Below, in pieces: positions 21,057 to 33,700 of a stretch of DNA of 64,000 bases; position 1 is the stretch's first letter, and each line of letters starts with the position of its first letter. Source of the DNA: Flectonema sp. DT1601 (lineage: Eukaryota). The notes below the pieces were generated by a model. The model had not been told where the DNA came from, searched no databases, and saw only the letters and a program-made list of their open reading frames with translations. Location: positions 1,364,001-1,428,000 of the forward strand of contig OZ025780.1 of the NCBI GenBank assembly GCA_964019425.1, written 5' to 3'. A program made the translations under genes and the position numbers.

Positions 21057-22901
21057 GTAACATTTGCGTGGAATTAGGGGTTTGCCCTTTTTTTATTCTT
21101 TTTTTTTTCTCTCTTTTTTTAGTTGTTTGGAGGGAAGGGGTGAAAAAAAAAATAAAAAAAAGGAGAAAAAAGAATTTTTCCGTCATAAGATCGCACTGGA
21201 TGAGTTTTGGAATTCGCACTGGTGTCTTGCTAGGGGGTGGGGAATGAAAGGGAGATTTTTAATCCGAGTTTTTTTTTTTTTTTTTTTTTTACTCTCAAAT
21301 TTTCTGTTGGATGTTACTCTTCTGTTTTTTTCTTCCCATTCTCAAAATCACACTAATATATACAAGCCACGTTAAGAGACTTATCTTTACAATGATCCTT
21401 TTTCCTATTAAACCTTCAGGATGCGGAACCTCATTATAAAATTATTTCTTTTCCTACTAACTGTTTCTTTTCAAAGTTTTCTTTTTTTTTTAATCTTTTT
21501 TTTTAAAGGTTTCGGTTCTCTCTCAAACTCCCTGAACTAAACAGGGCTTGCCGTAATGCGGACAAAAAAAAAATAAAAAAAACGAAAATCAGTTACTACA
21601 CAAAGCAAGGCATCGCATAGATACCCGACAGGCTCAACAGCCTTGCCTGGACTATGATATTACCCTTGTGTTGTTTCTAGAATACTTCAAGGTTCATGAC
21701 CTTAAGGTTCATTGTGATAATAATATAATAGTTGCCTCGCCGGTACAATACGCGATTAACGGGGCAACGGATAATCAGGCGTCACAAGGTTCGAGCAAAC
21801 CTTACGGGCCTGATAAAATTGACGCTTTGCGCAGATAGCCACTTAGAATATACGCCAAAGACAGTTAGTCTTGTCATTCGACTATCCATCTGTAAAAAGG
21901 AGTACAGACATCGAGCTTTCGGGATTATTATTTTTTTTTTTTTTTTAAATTTTTTTTTTTTTTTTTTTTTCGGAAAGACATAAATATCTCCAAAAAAAAA
22001 AAAAAAAGAAAAAAAGAAAAAAGAAAAAAAAAAAAAAAAAAAGATGGGAGTGATGCACAGCAACGCCAAGGTTCTCCACATAAACCGAGGTCAGCTCCGA
22101 GGAGAATGCTTCGCCCAATTGGACATCAGCATAACCACATGTTAGAGAGCAGTGCAATTTCGTTAGAGTCACAGACTCATGTTGAGAAGATATTTCCAGT
22201 TACCGGCTAAGACACAGTTAGTGAAGATCAACTTGAGTGAAAAACAATAATTAAATATGGATATTTGACTACCGCTATTCAAAAGGGAAAAACCCGCAAG
22301 TTGTCTTTCCCCACATGTGAACTTGTTGTATTTTTATGCAGCACTCCTGGAAAACAATATAAACGGTCTTTGCTGTCAAGGTTCAGGGTGTCAAACCTTG
22401 AGAACATCGATTTGAATAACAGAGTAAGAAAGAAACAAGACCAAGGATCCTCGTTGGAACCGAGGACAATGCCTTTCAATATAACAAAAACAAAAAAAAA
22501 AAAAAAACAAAAAAAAAAAAAGAAAACAAAAAAAAAAACTGCAAAAAGCCTAATGCACGTTAATGACCGTGCATCCAGCAAGATTATTTTCTTAAACTTT
22601 GCCGTTTTTTTTTTTTTTTTTTCCCCTTTTTTTTTTCAAATGCTCTTTTTTTTTTTTTTTTTTCTCCCTTCCCAAATTAAGCCACTTGCTACTTATTGAA
22701 GTTTCGGAACCTAGTTATTGAAAACCTTCACTGCGTAAAGGTTGGGACCGTTCCACTTACCAACAGTAAAGTGCATGAGATGAATATTGTTTAAAAACTA
22801 ATACAACAGTCTTAATGATAAAAGCATAATTCCATAAAAACCATGTAAACAAGAAAAAAATAAATGGAAGAGGAAATCATCCGCAATCCGGCTTCAAAAA
22901 A

Positions 22902-25817
22902 CTATTGGCGAGATTTTGGCCTGTCTGGACAGGTTTTTGATCGTTGGCCTGTAATTTGTGTTTTTAATATATATATATATATTTTTTTTTTTTTCTTCGT
23001 TTAAGTTTTCTTGAAATCATACCAAGCATAACATCAGGGAGTTCATCTGATAATAAAGCGTCAAGCATCGACTCCGGATCGAATAACGGTTCTGGGGTAC
23101 GGGGTCTTCCTGCAGCAGCTTGAGACTCACCACCCGCATCAGTACGTTCGATATAACTAACCTCACTAATAACAAAGTCATTTGTACTGTTTGCGTCTTG
23201 GTGAATGTTGTCCCATTTCTTTCCTTCAGTTCCCTCAAGAACTGGTGGCTCTGAAGTGTTGCTCTTTTCATCTCCAGAACTCCAATCGCTCACATCATAA
23301 AGCACGCTGACGTACTCACGTAGGAACTGTTGATTATTATTGTTTGCTGAGATTACATTAACTCAAATACAGATCCTACAATTCACTAGCCGGGTCTGTT
23401 AATGACACATGCGCAGCTTTCGCCAAAATGACGTCGCGTGGATGACGAGACTGGCAAGCAATTTTTTTTCAGGACGACGACGACAGCCCAACCTCACATT
23501 CTTCGTTTCCTAATGATCGTTGGCTAATCGCATTTTTAGAAAAAAAAAACAGAAAATAATACATACTTGCTCCTCTTTTGGTTCCTCAGTGTAGTTCTCA
23601 ACAACCTTCCTTGCTACACTGAACTTGAAGGCAACATTTACCTGTGGTTTTATTTGTTATTGTTTGTTGCATACGACTGCGTTCCTGCTTTCGTTGAATG
23701 ACCTTAAAACATACCTCTCCTATCATAGCTGTAAGGTGATCGCTGATTTCACAAGAGATGACATCATCAGCAAGTTCTCTAGCTTCATCAACGAGCTTTA
23801 ACTTCCCAAAGAGTTTCATTACTTTTGTGAAGATATCGATGCGGATGAGAGACTTGTCGTATTGTTCAAATTTTTCTAATACCCGTAGAGCACCTTCCAT
23901 GTTATCCTTACTACAATACGCTTCTATCACAGATTCAAAGTAAAAGGCTGATGTTGGTGTCAGTGATTGAGACTTTCCTTTACAATCCTGAAGCAGGTCC
24001 TCAAGGTAGTATTCAGCACTCTCAGGGTCACCTTGTTCAGCACACACTGTTAACAATCCCTTGTAGATTTGTTTACCAGCAAAACCACATTCTCGTGCTC
24101 TGTGTAATACCTTCACAGCTCCTTCTTTGTTCTTCTTGGTAGCGTGAACCTGGAGTAAGGTTACGTATATACTAATGTCAGGCATCACGTTATTTTCTAA
24201 CATTTCCGCTAATAATCTTTCAGCCGCATCAGAGTCTCTAAGCTCACCATACAAACGCATAAGAGGAGAATAGATGTGAGCGTTAATCTTGCAAGCTTTC
24301 TTTGCGCGTTCCAAAACCTGTTCAGCCTTTTCACGGTTGTTCTGCCTTGCGTGAACCGCTAGCAGGGTAGCGTACGTCGACGCATGGGGTTTTACATTAT
24401 TCTTTTCCATATCCTGAAGTAGGGTTTCGGGGTCTTCACTGTGATCCATTTGACCATACAATCGCATTAGTGGTTTGTAAAGATCTGCGTTTACACATTT
24501 AGCTTCCTTCGCACGCTTTAGTACGTCTTCCGCCTTTTCAACATTTCGCTGTCTAGCATATGCAGCAATAAGAGTGCTGTATGTGTTGGCATCGGGGTTT
24601 ACTTTGTTCACTGCCATATCCGCCAGTAGTAATTCAGCCTTCTCAGGAACCCCACGTTCACCATAAAGAGACATGAGACATGAGAACATCTGAACGTTTA
24701 CTTTCTTTTCTTCCTTTGCTCTCGCCAATACGCGCTCAGCAGCCTCCTGATTAACTTTCCTGCGAGTATGTGCAGCAAGTAGCGTACCGTACGTTGATGC
24801 ATCTGGTAAGACGTTTGTCTGTTTCATATCATCGATGACGGCTTCAGCAGCTTCAGGATCTTCTAGCTCACCATACAACTTTATTAATGGTTTATATAAA
24901 TCCGCATTTATACAACGAGCATCCTTCGCACGGGCTAACACCTTCTCTGCTGCCTCACGGTTTTTACTTCTTGCCTCTGCTGCCATTTCTACCGTGAAAA
25001 TTTCAACTGACTTTGGTGTAGCAGGCTGAGCCAACTTCGCTGGGCGCTTTTGAGCAGCCGTTGGTGATGCCTTTTGCTCGACTTGGGAACCCGGCTGAGT
25101 CAAGACTGCCTGCAGTAGTTGCGGCTGAGGAAGACCAGATAAAGTTTGACCCGGGAAACTCGCTTGAAGCAGACCAAACTGTTGTGGTTGTTGTTGGCGT
25201 TGTAACTGTTGTAGCATCTGTAGTTGTTGCAGCTGCTGTATTTGAATTTGTTGCTGTTGATGCTGCAGAAGTTGCAACTGCTGGAAATGCTGCTGCTGCT
25301 GTGGTGCCGATGCCGCCGCAGCTGCCACCTGTTGGAAAACGTTGCTGCTGTTTAACTCAGCAGCACTCGGCAACACAGGTACCGGCACTGGAACGTTTAA
25401 CTGCATTAGCTGCTGCTGCTGCTGACGCTGTTGCTGCTGCTGCTGGTCCTGCTGATGTTGTTGTAGCTGTTGCTGCAACTGTTGTTGCTGCAATTGCTGT
25501 TGCTGTTCCTGCTGCTGGTCCTGCTGATGTTGTTGTAACTGTTGCTGCAACTGTTGCTGCTGTAATAGCTGTTGCTGCTGTTCCTGTTCCTGTTGTTGCA
25601 GTTGCTGTTGCAATCTCTGCTGCTGTTGTTGTTGATCCTGCTCATGTTGCAACTGATGCTGCTGCTGTTGTAACCGCTGATGTAGCTCCTGATCTTGAAA
25701 CTGTTGCAACTGTTGTTGTAACTGCTGTTGCTCTCCAGCCTTTGTTGATTGGAATTGCGCTAACAACAACGACTGAAGATCCTCCTTCGGTTTCACCTGC
25801 GGCTGAAAGGTATTCAT
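22902..25817 (-). CDS. Pentatricopeptide-repeat protein with long N-terminal poly-Q low-complexity domain, ~842 aa; exons 23715-25817, 23567-23641, 23023-23326, 22902-22948
   Basis: About 10-11 34/35-aa helical repeats (e.g. ANTYSTLIAAYARQRNVEKAEDVL). Introns of 73, 240 and 74 nt (GTATG...ACAG) join the 23598 and 22964 ORFs in frame. The last exon is less certain. Confidence 0.85.
25190..25735 (-). repeat. CAG/CAA trinucleotide-rich tract encoding poly-glutamine
   Basis: Dense (tgc/tgt)n runs on +; also explains the Ala/Val-rich antisense ORF. Confidence 0.9.
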
Positions 25818-26317
25818 AAGGTCTAGTGTGACACCAAAGCGTCAGGACCGGCTTTAAAAAGAAGGCCCACTGTAAGGAAAGTAATATATTAATCACAACC
25901 ATGTAAATAAGTATCTTATAACACACAATCCCTTTACTTCACATAGACATCATCTGTTGTACTGCAGTAAATAAAGATACACACTCATTGTAATAAACCT
26001 AAATCTCAACGAACTCGCTGTTACATAGCAACTAAGCGTGTTTTTGGCTGTTCGCAGCCGCGCCTCAAAAGGCAAGAATAAGAACCGAAACATAAATACC
26101 GAAACAAAAGGGAAGCGAAAATGTGGCATGACATGAAGCATATATAAATAAATAAAATTATGAAGGAAGCGAATGGCGTATGCAGATAGCGTTATTGTTG
26201 GGAACAGCCGTGTTTTTTTGTTTGACTCACTTCTGAAGACTAAACTTTACAAAAGGAAATCACAGCTGCTAACAAGAGAGCAGGTAGTAATAGCAACAAA
26301 CTAAAACAAATTGCCAT

Positions 26318-29300
26318 CTACACCAGAGATATGGACGTGGTTTGTGAGACGTTCTCAGTGACAACACAAACAGCAGTGAGAGGTTTTACCATTCCGGAAT
26401 TACAAAGAGACTCAAGTCGAACGGAAGTGCAGACAGGACAGGATGCTGAGAACAAACATTTTTGATGAAATGAATGACCACATAACTTAACCATTGCGGG
26501 AAACAATGCGAGAGAAAGAGAACAAATATGACAAACAGAGTTGGGAGTTACAACCGATAGCCAATGCGTTGGATAATATGATGATATAGCAGTCGTATCT
26601 AACATCTTTACCATACATTGACCATCTCTAATTATTCTCTTTCGACGAACTGATGAAGTCGCTCGTTCTTCATTAGCAAGTACTCTGACTACAGCTGGAA
26701 GAACATCAGGTCTTTCTATTAACTCATTGACTTTTACAGCAGCTTGTGCTGCAGCAAGCTGTCTAGACTCGGTACTCTTAGCTGATGAATACAACGCACT
26801 GAGTGCATCTCCAGCACTTCTATTCGCTGAAGTACCTGACCATCCTTCGTGATCAGACCATTTCTTCATAAGAGAGAATGCTTCGTGAGGTCCAACGTGT
26901 TTTGCTATTATAGTAATAATCTCACCAGGTGTTAGTTTATTAACACCAGTGAGAGTTAATTGTAATGTAACTTGTAATAGAAGCTCCCATCCAACTAACT
27001 GTTGTATTGATTTCTGTCCTGAGAACAGTTGACTTACAACTTTTTGAATTGTTGACGGATCTCCCTTCCTAACCAGCGCATGTAATAATGTCCGCAGGTA
27101 TCGATTTGGGTCTGCAGCTGAACGAACTTCTAAAAACGCTATTTGCTGATTAATCAAATCATTATTTCTCATCAAACTGTATAGTTCTTTTGATGAATAC
27201 TTCCACTCATACGGTTCCCTTGAAATCATTGATATGATATCTAATGACTCATCAAGTTTATGAGTACACAATCTCTCTAGTAAATGCATCACCACCTTCG
27301 AATCACTCCGAGCTTTCTTGTTAACCGAAAGGTAGAGATAAAGCATATCATCGTATAAGCATCCCGTAAGTGTTTGGTTCAATACCGGGCAGATTCTCTT
27401 TTTAAAATGAAGTTCTGGGAGGCTATATCCAGACTGCCGAACGCTAACTACAGCAGAGCTAGGCGCTAGGGGTATATTCGCTAAGAGATCATTCATCAGT
27501 AGCGGCTGAACGTGAACGATACTCAAACAGATTTGCTGAATGAAATGCCAAGGTACATCATAAGCACCACATGAAGTAATAAACGCATGGAGAATTTGTG
27601 GAGCCCTCACGTCACAGTCCTCACCCAAAAGCCTCGGAAAGGTCGCAATGAATTGTAATGGGGATCGAGGATCTTCTCCATCACTTCCTGATTGAAGTAA
27701 TCGAATGATTTCACTGAGTTCAACGGTAGTGAATTTCTGAATTAATGGACCAGGTGAAAACAGTAACGGATATCTACCACAGACTGCCTTTGCAGCTTCG
27801 ACACATGATCTGTAACAGCTTTCTGTAGTGCTTGCAAGTTGTGATGTAATTGTTGCGAACGTTTCTTTCATAATGCTCAATATAGCTGTGGCTGTTTTAT
27901 CTTTGTGAGAGAATTGGCTGAGGAGGGCGTCAAGGGTATCAGAGTCCAGTTGCAATGCAGATTCAAGCCAAGCTTCTATTAATTTTTGTGAAATTTCACT
28001 ATTAGATGTTATGAATTCCCTTTCTAATAATATTGAACAATCATTTTTAAATGAGTGGAATAAATCTCTCTGATCAACAACGTCACTAACAACTCCGTGT
28101 GATGGTATTGGTTGCAAAATCATAAATGAACCTGTTGCTGTTTGAACTTTTATCTCTCTTTGATGATAAGTTGATATCCCATCATCCAATATTTGGACTG
28201 TAAAGTTATTACCAGAACCATCTTTGTTAGTTTCCCAAGAGGGCGGGTATATATCTAGGTTGGGTGATGATGATTGGCTTGAGCTTGGTGTTACTGCTTC
28301 TTTTTTTATCTTAGTTGGAGTAGTTTGAACGTCAATCGTTGGGACAGTTCGAGATGGTGATTTTAACGGAGATGTGATACTATGATGAGTAGATCCCATC
28401 GTGCTTGATGGTTTACTCTTTAAGACTCGATGTTTAAACCATTCCCAACCACCAGAACTAGACATGCTAGCAACAGACCTAGTATCATTACCTTGCATTG
28501 TATTAGCTAATGAATTATGTTGCGATATGTAATCCATTCTTGAACCACGGCTACACGGCAACGCAGAACACCAAATCCTACCACCAGTAACAACAAATAT
28601 CGTCTCAGCCGCCACTGTTGCTGATGTTATGTCATTACAAGCTGTTGGCTGCTCTTCATTGCATTGATCAGGTTCACAGTCAGGTGACGTTGAATGAGCA
28701 GTAATACAAGCTATACTAACATCTATTACTGCAATATCCCTTGCAGTGAATGACATTATAAGAGATTGGTAGTTACATTGAACAAGTTTCCCCAACTGTA
28801 CATCAGTACGAGAGTCTCCTCTATTAATATGCTCAGAGGTAGGGAACACATTTATTACTTCAGTTCTTGACAGCGGTGATGTGCGTAAGACAATTCCTGA
28901 TGAGTCACTTATCCACAATCTTCCTGATTGTCTTGTTACATATATCCCCATACCCGGAGCAGGAATAGTTTCCTCAGAATGCTGCGTATCATTTGGTAGA
29001 ACTAACGAAGGCAAGCAGGTAACACCTAAAGAAACACCACCTCGTCGGTTTCGTCCAACAGTCCTACTCTTTGAAGTTTCCTTTTCCATATTATAAACTT
29101 TAATATGATCAGTTGAAGAATAAACTAACGATGATCCATAACATTGAAGTGATGTGATTGATTGCTCTTCAAGACTGATTACTTGTGGGACGTCTATCTT
29201 TACAGCGTATCGATAAAGTCTGCAAGTACTGTCAGCGAAAAATAGAACTCCCGGGAGATCATCTTCGTCAGAGTTATTTGGGTTTCTAGTTTGAGACCAA

Positions 29301-29608
29301 CAGATGTGAGTAACTGGGTGAGCGTGATTGTGCATTGATCCAGCTCTGTTATCTAATGACATGACTCCAATTAAACAACCAGCAACATAAGCGAGATAGT
29401 GTTCGTCTGGTGATAAAGCTACTTCTGTAGCACCTCCATCAACGGGAATTGGATACGTTGTAGTTCCATTACCTCCTCTGCTAGTCATCACATGAATTTC
29501 TCCTCCTTGAGCAAATGCTACAACAGTTTCTCCTCCGTCAATGGCGGTGATGCATCCTTCGCCTTTATGCCGTAGCTCCCAATTGAAGAGGGAGCCACCT
29601 CTGTGCAT
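26318..29608 (-). CDS. HPS5/TECPR2-like beta-propeller + alpha-solenoid protein with C-terminal RING-H2, ~1096 aa
   Basis: WD-like N-terminus; GIYVTRQSGRLWISDSSGIV resembles the HPS5/TECPR2 motif; C-terminal CHIC...CGHSFHQKC...CPVC. Start placed at MHRGG, downstream of a TAACAG acceptor. The family call is from motif recall. Confidence 0.75.
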   Translation of the reverse strand: MHRGGSLFNWELRHKGEGCITAIDGGETVVAFAQGGEIHVMTSRGGNGTTTYPIPVDGGATEVALSPDEHYLAYVAGCLIGVMSLDNRAGSMHNHAHPVTHICWSQTRNPNNSDEDDLPGVLFFADSTCRLYRYAVKIDVPQVISLEEQSITSLQCYGSSLVYSSTDHIKVYNMEKETSKSRTVGRNRRGGVSLGVTCLPSLVLPNDTQHSEETIPAPGMGIYVTRQSGRLWISDSSGIVLRTSPLSRTEVINVFPTSEHINRGDSRTDVQLGKLVQCNYQSLIMSFTARDIAVIDVSIACITAHSTSPDCEPDQCNEEQPTACNDITSATVAAETIFVVTGGRIWCSALPCSRGSRMDYISQHNSLANTMQGNDTRSVASMSSSGGWEWFKHRVLKSKPSSTMGSTHHSITSPLKSPSRTVPTIDVQTTPTKIKKEAVTPSSSQSSSPNLDIYPPSWETNKDGSGNNFTVQILDDGISTYHQREIKVQTATGSFMILQPIPSHGVVSDVVDQRDLFHSFKNDCSILLEREFITSNSEISQKLIEAWLESALQLDSDTLDALLSQFSHKDKTATAILSIMKETFATITSQLASTTESCYRSCVEAAKAVCGRYPLLFSPGPLIQKFTTVELSEIIRLLQSGSDGEDPRSPLQFIATFPRLLGEDCDVRAPQILHAFITSCGAYDVPWHFIQQICLSIVHVQPLLMNDLLANIPLAPSSAVVSVRQSGYSLPELHFKKRICPVLNQTLTGCLYDDMLYLYLSVNKKARSDSKVVMHLLERLCTHKLDESLDIISMISREPYEWKYSSKELYSLMRNNDLINQQIAFLEVRSAADPNRYLRTLLHALVRKGDPSTIQKVVSQLFSGQKSIQQLVGWELLLQVTLQLTLTGVNKLTPGEIITIIAKHVGPHEAFSLMKKWSDHEGWSGTSANRSAGDALSALYSSAKSTESRQLAAAQAAVKVNELIERPDVLPAVVRVLANEERATSSVRRKRIIRDGQCMVKMLDTTAISSYYPTHWLSVVTPNSVCHICSLSLALFPAMVKLCGHSFHQKCLFSASCPVCTSVRLESLCNSGMVKPLTAVCVVTENVSQTTSISLV

Positions 29609-30767
29609 TTTTTTGAGATTATCGTTGTGATAGACTGTTAACATTATGATAAATATTTTTATGGATAAGAAAAAATTTTCATGGGAAACTCACTCACATT
29701 GTGTGCTGAGGTTCAAATATTTTTGTTACTACAACTGAGATTGATTCTTGTTCTTGCGTTCGTATCGGTTTCTTTTTCTTTTTTTTTTTTTTTGTTCGCA
29801 CTAAGTCGGAGTTTTTTTTTTTTTTTAATTTTTAGTGCTGTGCTATTTATTTCTCTTATACGTTTCTGTGCTTTCTTTTTTTTTTTTTTTTCTGTTTTTT
29901 TTTCATTCTTTTATTACAATAATAAGTTATTATTTTTTCCAGAAAGAAACCCTAAGAGCAGGCAAAACTGTTTTTTGCTGCTTTGAGTTTTTTGTAGTGA
30001 CTTTTGTAAGCAAAAGTTTTTTTTTTTTTTTTTTGTCAGATGCCGAAGCACTGCTTAGACTACACAAAACGCGTTGCTAAATTTAATTCAGAAAATAAAT
30101 ATGTTAGAATCACAATCATAAAATTTAAAAAAAAGGCAACAAAAACAAACGAGTAACAAAACACAACACGAACGATATACAACAAGCACTAAGATTCCGT
30201 GGGACGGTGTGAATTGAGAAGCAAATATTTCCACACTGAAGCTAATTAAAAGCTCGGTTGAATGCGACGATCAGCGCTGGAGTTGACATGAGGGAATTGG
30301 CCGTAACAAAAAAAAAAAAGAAAAAAAAAAGGGGGATAGGAGGGGGCAGAAGAAACCTTAGTTCCACTAATTGCTAACCACCTGAGAAGTCGAAGGACAA
30401 CCAAGAATTAAAGACAACAAATCTACTCTCAAGGCTTTAGTTCTTACAAATGACTAATCAACTACTGGAAGTGATCCAGAAAGCAGGAGGATAAACATTT
30501 TTTTAGAAAACTGTTTTTTTCTTGAGATAGTTTTCACCACCACACAGCTTTCTGTCATCGATATGTTCACAAACTATTAGGGAACTTAAATGAGGAAAAA
30601 GGCTTTTGCAAAATAAAAAAATCCAGAAAATATCAACAAAACTTAACAATAAAAGAGAAGTAAACCGAACTCAAAACTTAAATGGAGTCTCACAACTCTA
30701 GTAGCTGAGAGAGATGTAAAAATACATATTTTTTTTTTGTGAAAGCGAATCGCAGAAGTAGTGTCAA

Positions 30768-33700
30768 CTAGCAAAGAGGTGGTGGAGGAGGTGGTACTTT
30801 AGGAGATCGAGTGACAAGCTGCTTGAAAGACCCAACGAGTGTACCCCTCCGTGGTTTTGACGGCTTTTCATTTGGTGTAAAAACAGGTGATCCTTCCGTC
30901 GATTCACTGATTGGCGATGCCGGATCCCAATTGTAGTCTCGTCCAGATGGCGAAGAAAATGACTTCGATAACTCGGTTGAATTCATCATAACCACACCCC
31001 TACTAACTGACATTGGTGCTGGAGAACCTTGACTGTGACCGTGACTTATTAAATCAGTTTTTAAGTCTTTTAAGTCATTTTTAATTTCATTCTTCAAAGC
31101 AACAAATCGATCTCTTCGCCTGGCCTTACCCTCCGGTCGAACGTCGCAACCGTTTGCCTCGGCCATGAGAGCGTCGACTGGAACTTTTTCCGAATCTACT
31201 ATCTTAGTGAAGGCTGAAGCAGGAACGGGACTGTTTGGATGGTAAGGGTTTAATGCTCCACCTTCACTCGTAAAGTCACCGAGTTTGACTCCAGACAACT
31301 CATCGGGAGAAGGTAATACTGCAGTAGGAGCAAAATCACTCGGTGATATAACTGGACTAATAACTGGTCTCGTAATCGGTGCTGCCTGTCTACACCTCGC
31401 ACCAAACGAACCACCAGGAAGTTCATTTGCTGTTTCAGATCTCGGAGATTGCATTGGTGTAACTTCAGGGTCTTCATGAGTATTTGTTTCATTTTTGTTT
31501 TCGTTGGCAGTACTACACGAGACGTCGTCAGCTATCTTTTTCGGTTCGTCCAAAGGCTCATCCGCAGCTATGAATCCGCCTCCCATTGGACCATTGTTGT
31601 TAACCATAATTGGTAATGGTGTTCCGTGTAAATCACGAGAGAGTCTTCTGGTCCGCGTCCATCGACGTCTCCTGCAGACGTCAAATTTACTTCGTAGAGA
31701 TTTCCATTCCTTCGGATGCTTTTTGAAATCAGTACTGAAGTCCCATGTGTCAGGTGTCCAGTCAGAAAGCCAATCCCAACCAGGAGGAAGAGAAACTTCG
31801 TGTTTTCCCGTAAAACGTCTTTCTCGTTTACCAGTTCGATCGCTAAATGAAGGAGGATCATGTGGCATAAGTTTAGCTGACCAACCAGCAACTGGATAGA
31901 ATCGTTGACTCTCCCAGATTTGCTCCGTAACCCTCCTATCATATAAATATAACCCGCAAGGAATAACCAATCGACTGGTTACGTTTAGGGGAGAGCTGTG
32001 TGCTGTTTCCGGTACGGCAATGACCGGATCAAGAGCATTGAGAAGAGCAATTGTTCTCTTTTGTTTTTCAGTAAGTGTTTCCAGTAGAGTAAGCATTCTG
32101 TAGTAATCACCAACAGAAGAAATATGGACTTCCGCATCACGTGAATCGTCCCTCACACAGAGTCTGATACCTTCATTGTGCAGTTCGCTCTTCTCAACAG
32201 ACGTAACTAAATCAAAAGGAACTACTTCCAGTGATGTGTTCTTACCAATTCTTGAAAATAGAGATGCTGTAAAGCAAAGATAATTCTTTGATACCCATAT
32301 CCTTCCACTTGCTTTTTCTTTTCGAACAGTCGCACCTCCATCACTAGAGCTAAACGACTCTACAGTACAATTAGCTGAGTGAAGTAACACTTGACTTGTC
32401 ATGTTATATAATTGGTATTGGTTGGTGTTGAAGGTATCGGTAAAAATTTTGTTTTCCTCACACTGAACAGCAGAGTTGTTTGAGACGTTCAGGTCGTCAA
32501 TAAGTAAATAAATCCTTTCACGTAATTCAGTAAGTAATCTTCTTGTTTTTGATTCTTCATAATACAGTTGAGCTATGGCTGACCTAACGGTTCTAGATCC
32601 ACATCCGGTGGTTGTGATGTCATCAAAGCCTCCCAATTCTTCACAAAGTTGGTAAGCACTAATCTGAGAATACATGTCATGTTGAGGTTTCTCTGATCTC
32701 AGTGCCACTCCTTTCAAGACGTCAGTCATTGCTTGAAACCAATCAGCGTGAATCGCTGTTTTTTGTTTATTAACTTCATGACACTTGGTTATCGTTGCCG
32801 TGATATCTTCTGTTGCAGAAATACATTGAAATAGATCTTCCTGTGATAAGGATGGCGTTTGTTCTGAAGTATTTGTACCAGATTGTAAGTCAGAAAGTAA
32901 ACTTCTTGCTGTATTCCACTCAAAGAAATTTCGTATCCAAGCTTCGGTTCTATTTTCTTTGAGAATGCCTTGTACAACATGACTAACAACACGTGAAGCA
33001 GCTTTTGAAACAGTTAAGGGTTGATTGACGTAAACAGTTTTTGTTTTTAATGAACAAATCAGTGATGCCCATTTATTCCTTCCAGGGTCTTCGTAAAACG
33101 GATTTGTTGCTCCACAAACACAAAACCCTAATTCCTCAATTTTCGAAGCATCAGTAACCGTGAAGTACGGAACCACCTCCGACGCAGTTAACGTTAATGG
33201 TCTTATTAAATGACAAGTTGCTAAGACACACATTCCAACTTCAGCTGCGTTGCCATGATCAACAAAACAGATGGTTCTTCTGTTCAATAAGGCAGTGTAT
33301 ATCTTAGCAGTGTCTGATTTAAAAATTGAAAGCAGAGTACCCAAACAACTGCCGTACGATAAAGCATCAGATAAAGTAGCAAGTTTATCCTCTGCTTTTA
33401 AACACGATTGGGGAATACCATAAACTGGTGCTAGTAATTCAGTTGCTATGGATAATTCTTCCATTTCAAAAGAGTATGGAATGATGACGTTGCGATCACC
33501 ATTGCAGGCTTGTGAAAACCCATGAGTAAGAGAATTATATAGTTTTTCAAGGAATAGAGAATCTTCTGCTTTGGTTGGGTTTCTAGGAAGGCCAGTGAGA
33601 GTTATGTTAGTCGGTGAGTCTGCCATTACTTCAACCCAACTGGCATCCTCTACTAAGGTTCCATCATCGTTGACATTAGGACCACAGCATAACCACCATT

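Noticed and set aside
25061..25819. 252-aa Ala/Val-rich plus-strand ORF
   Set aside because: Antisense shadow of the CAG/CAA poly-Q tract.
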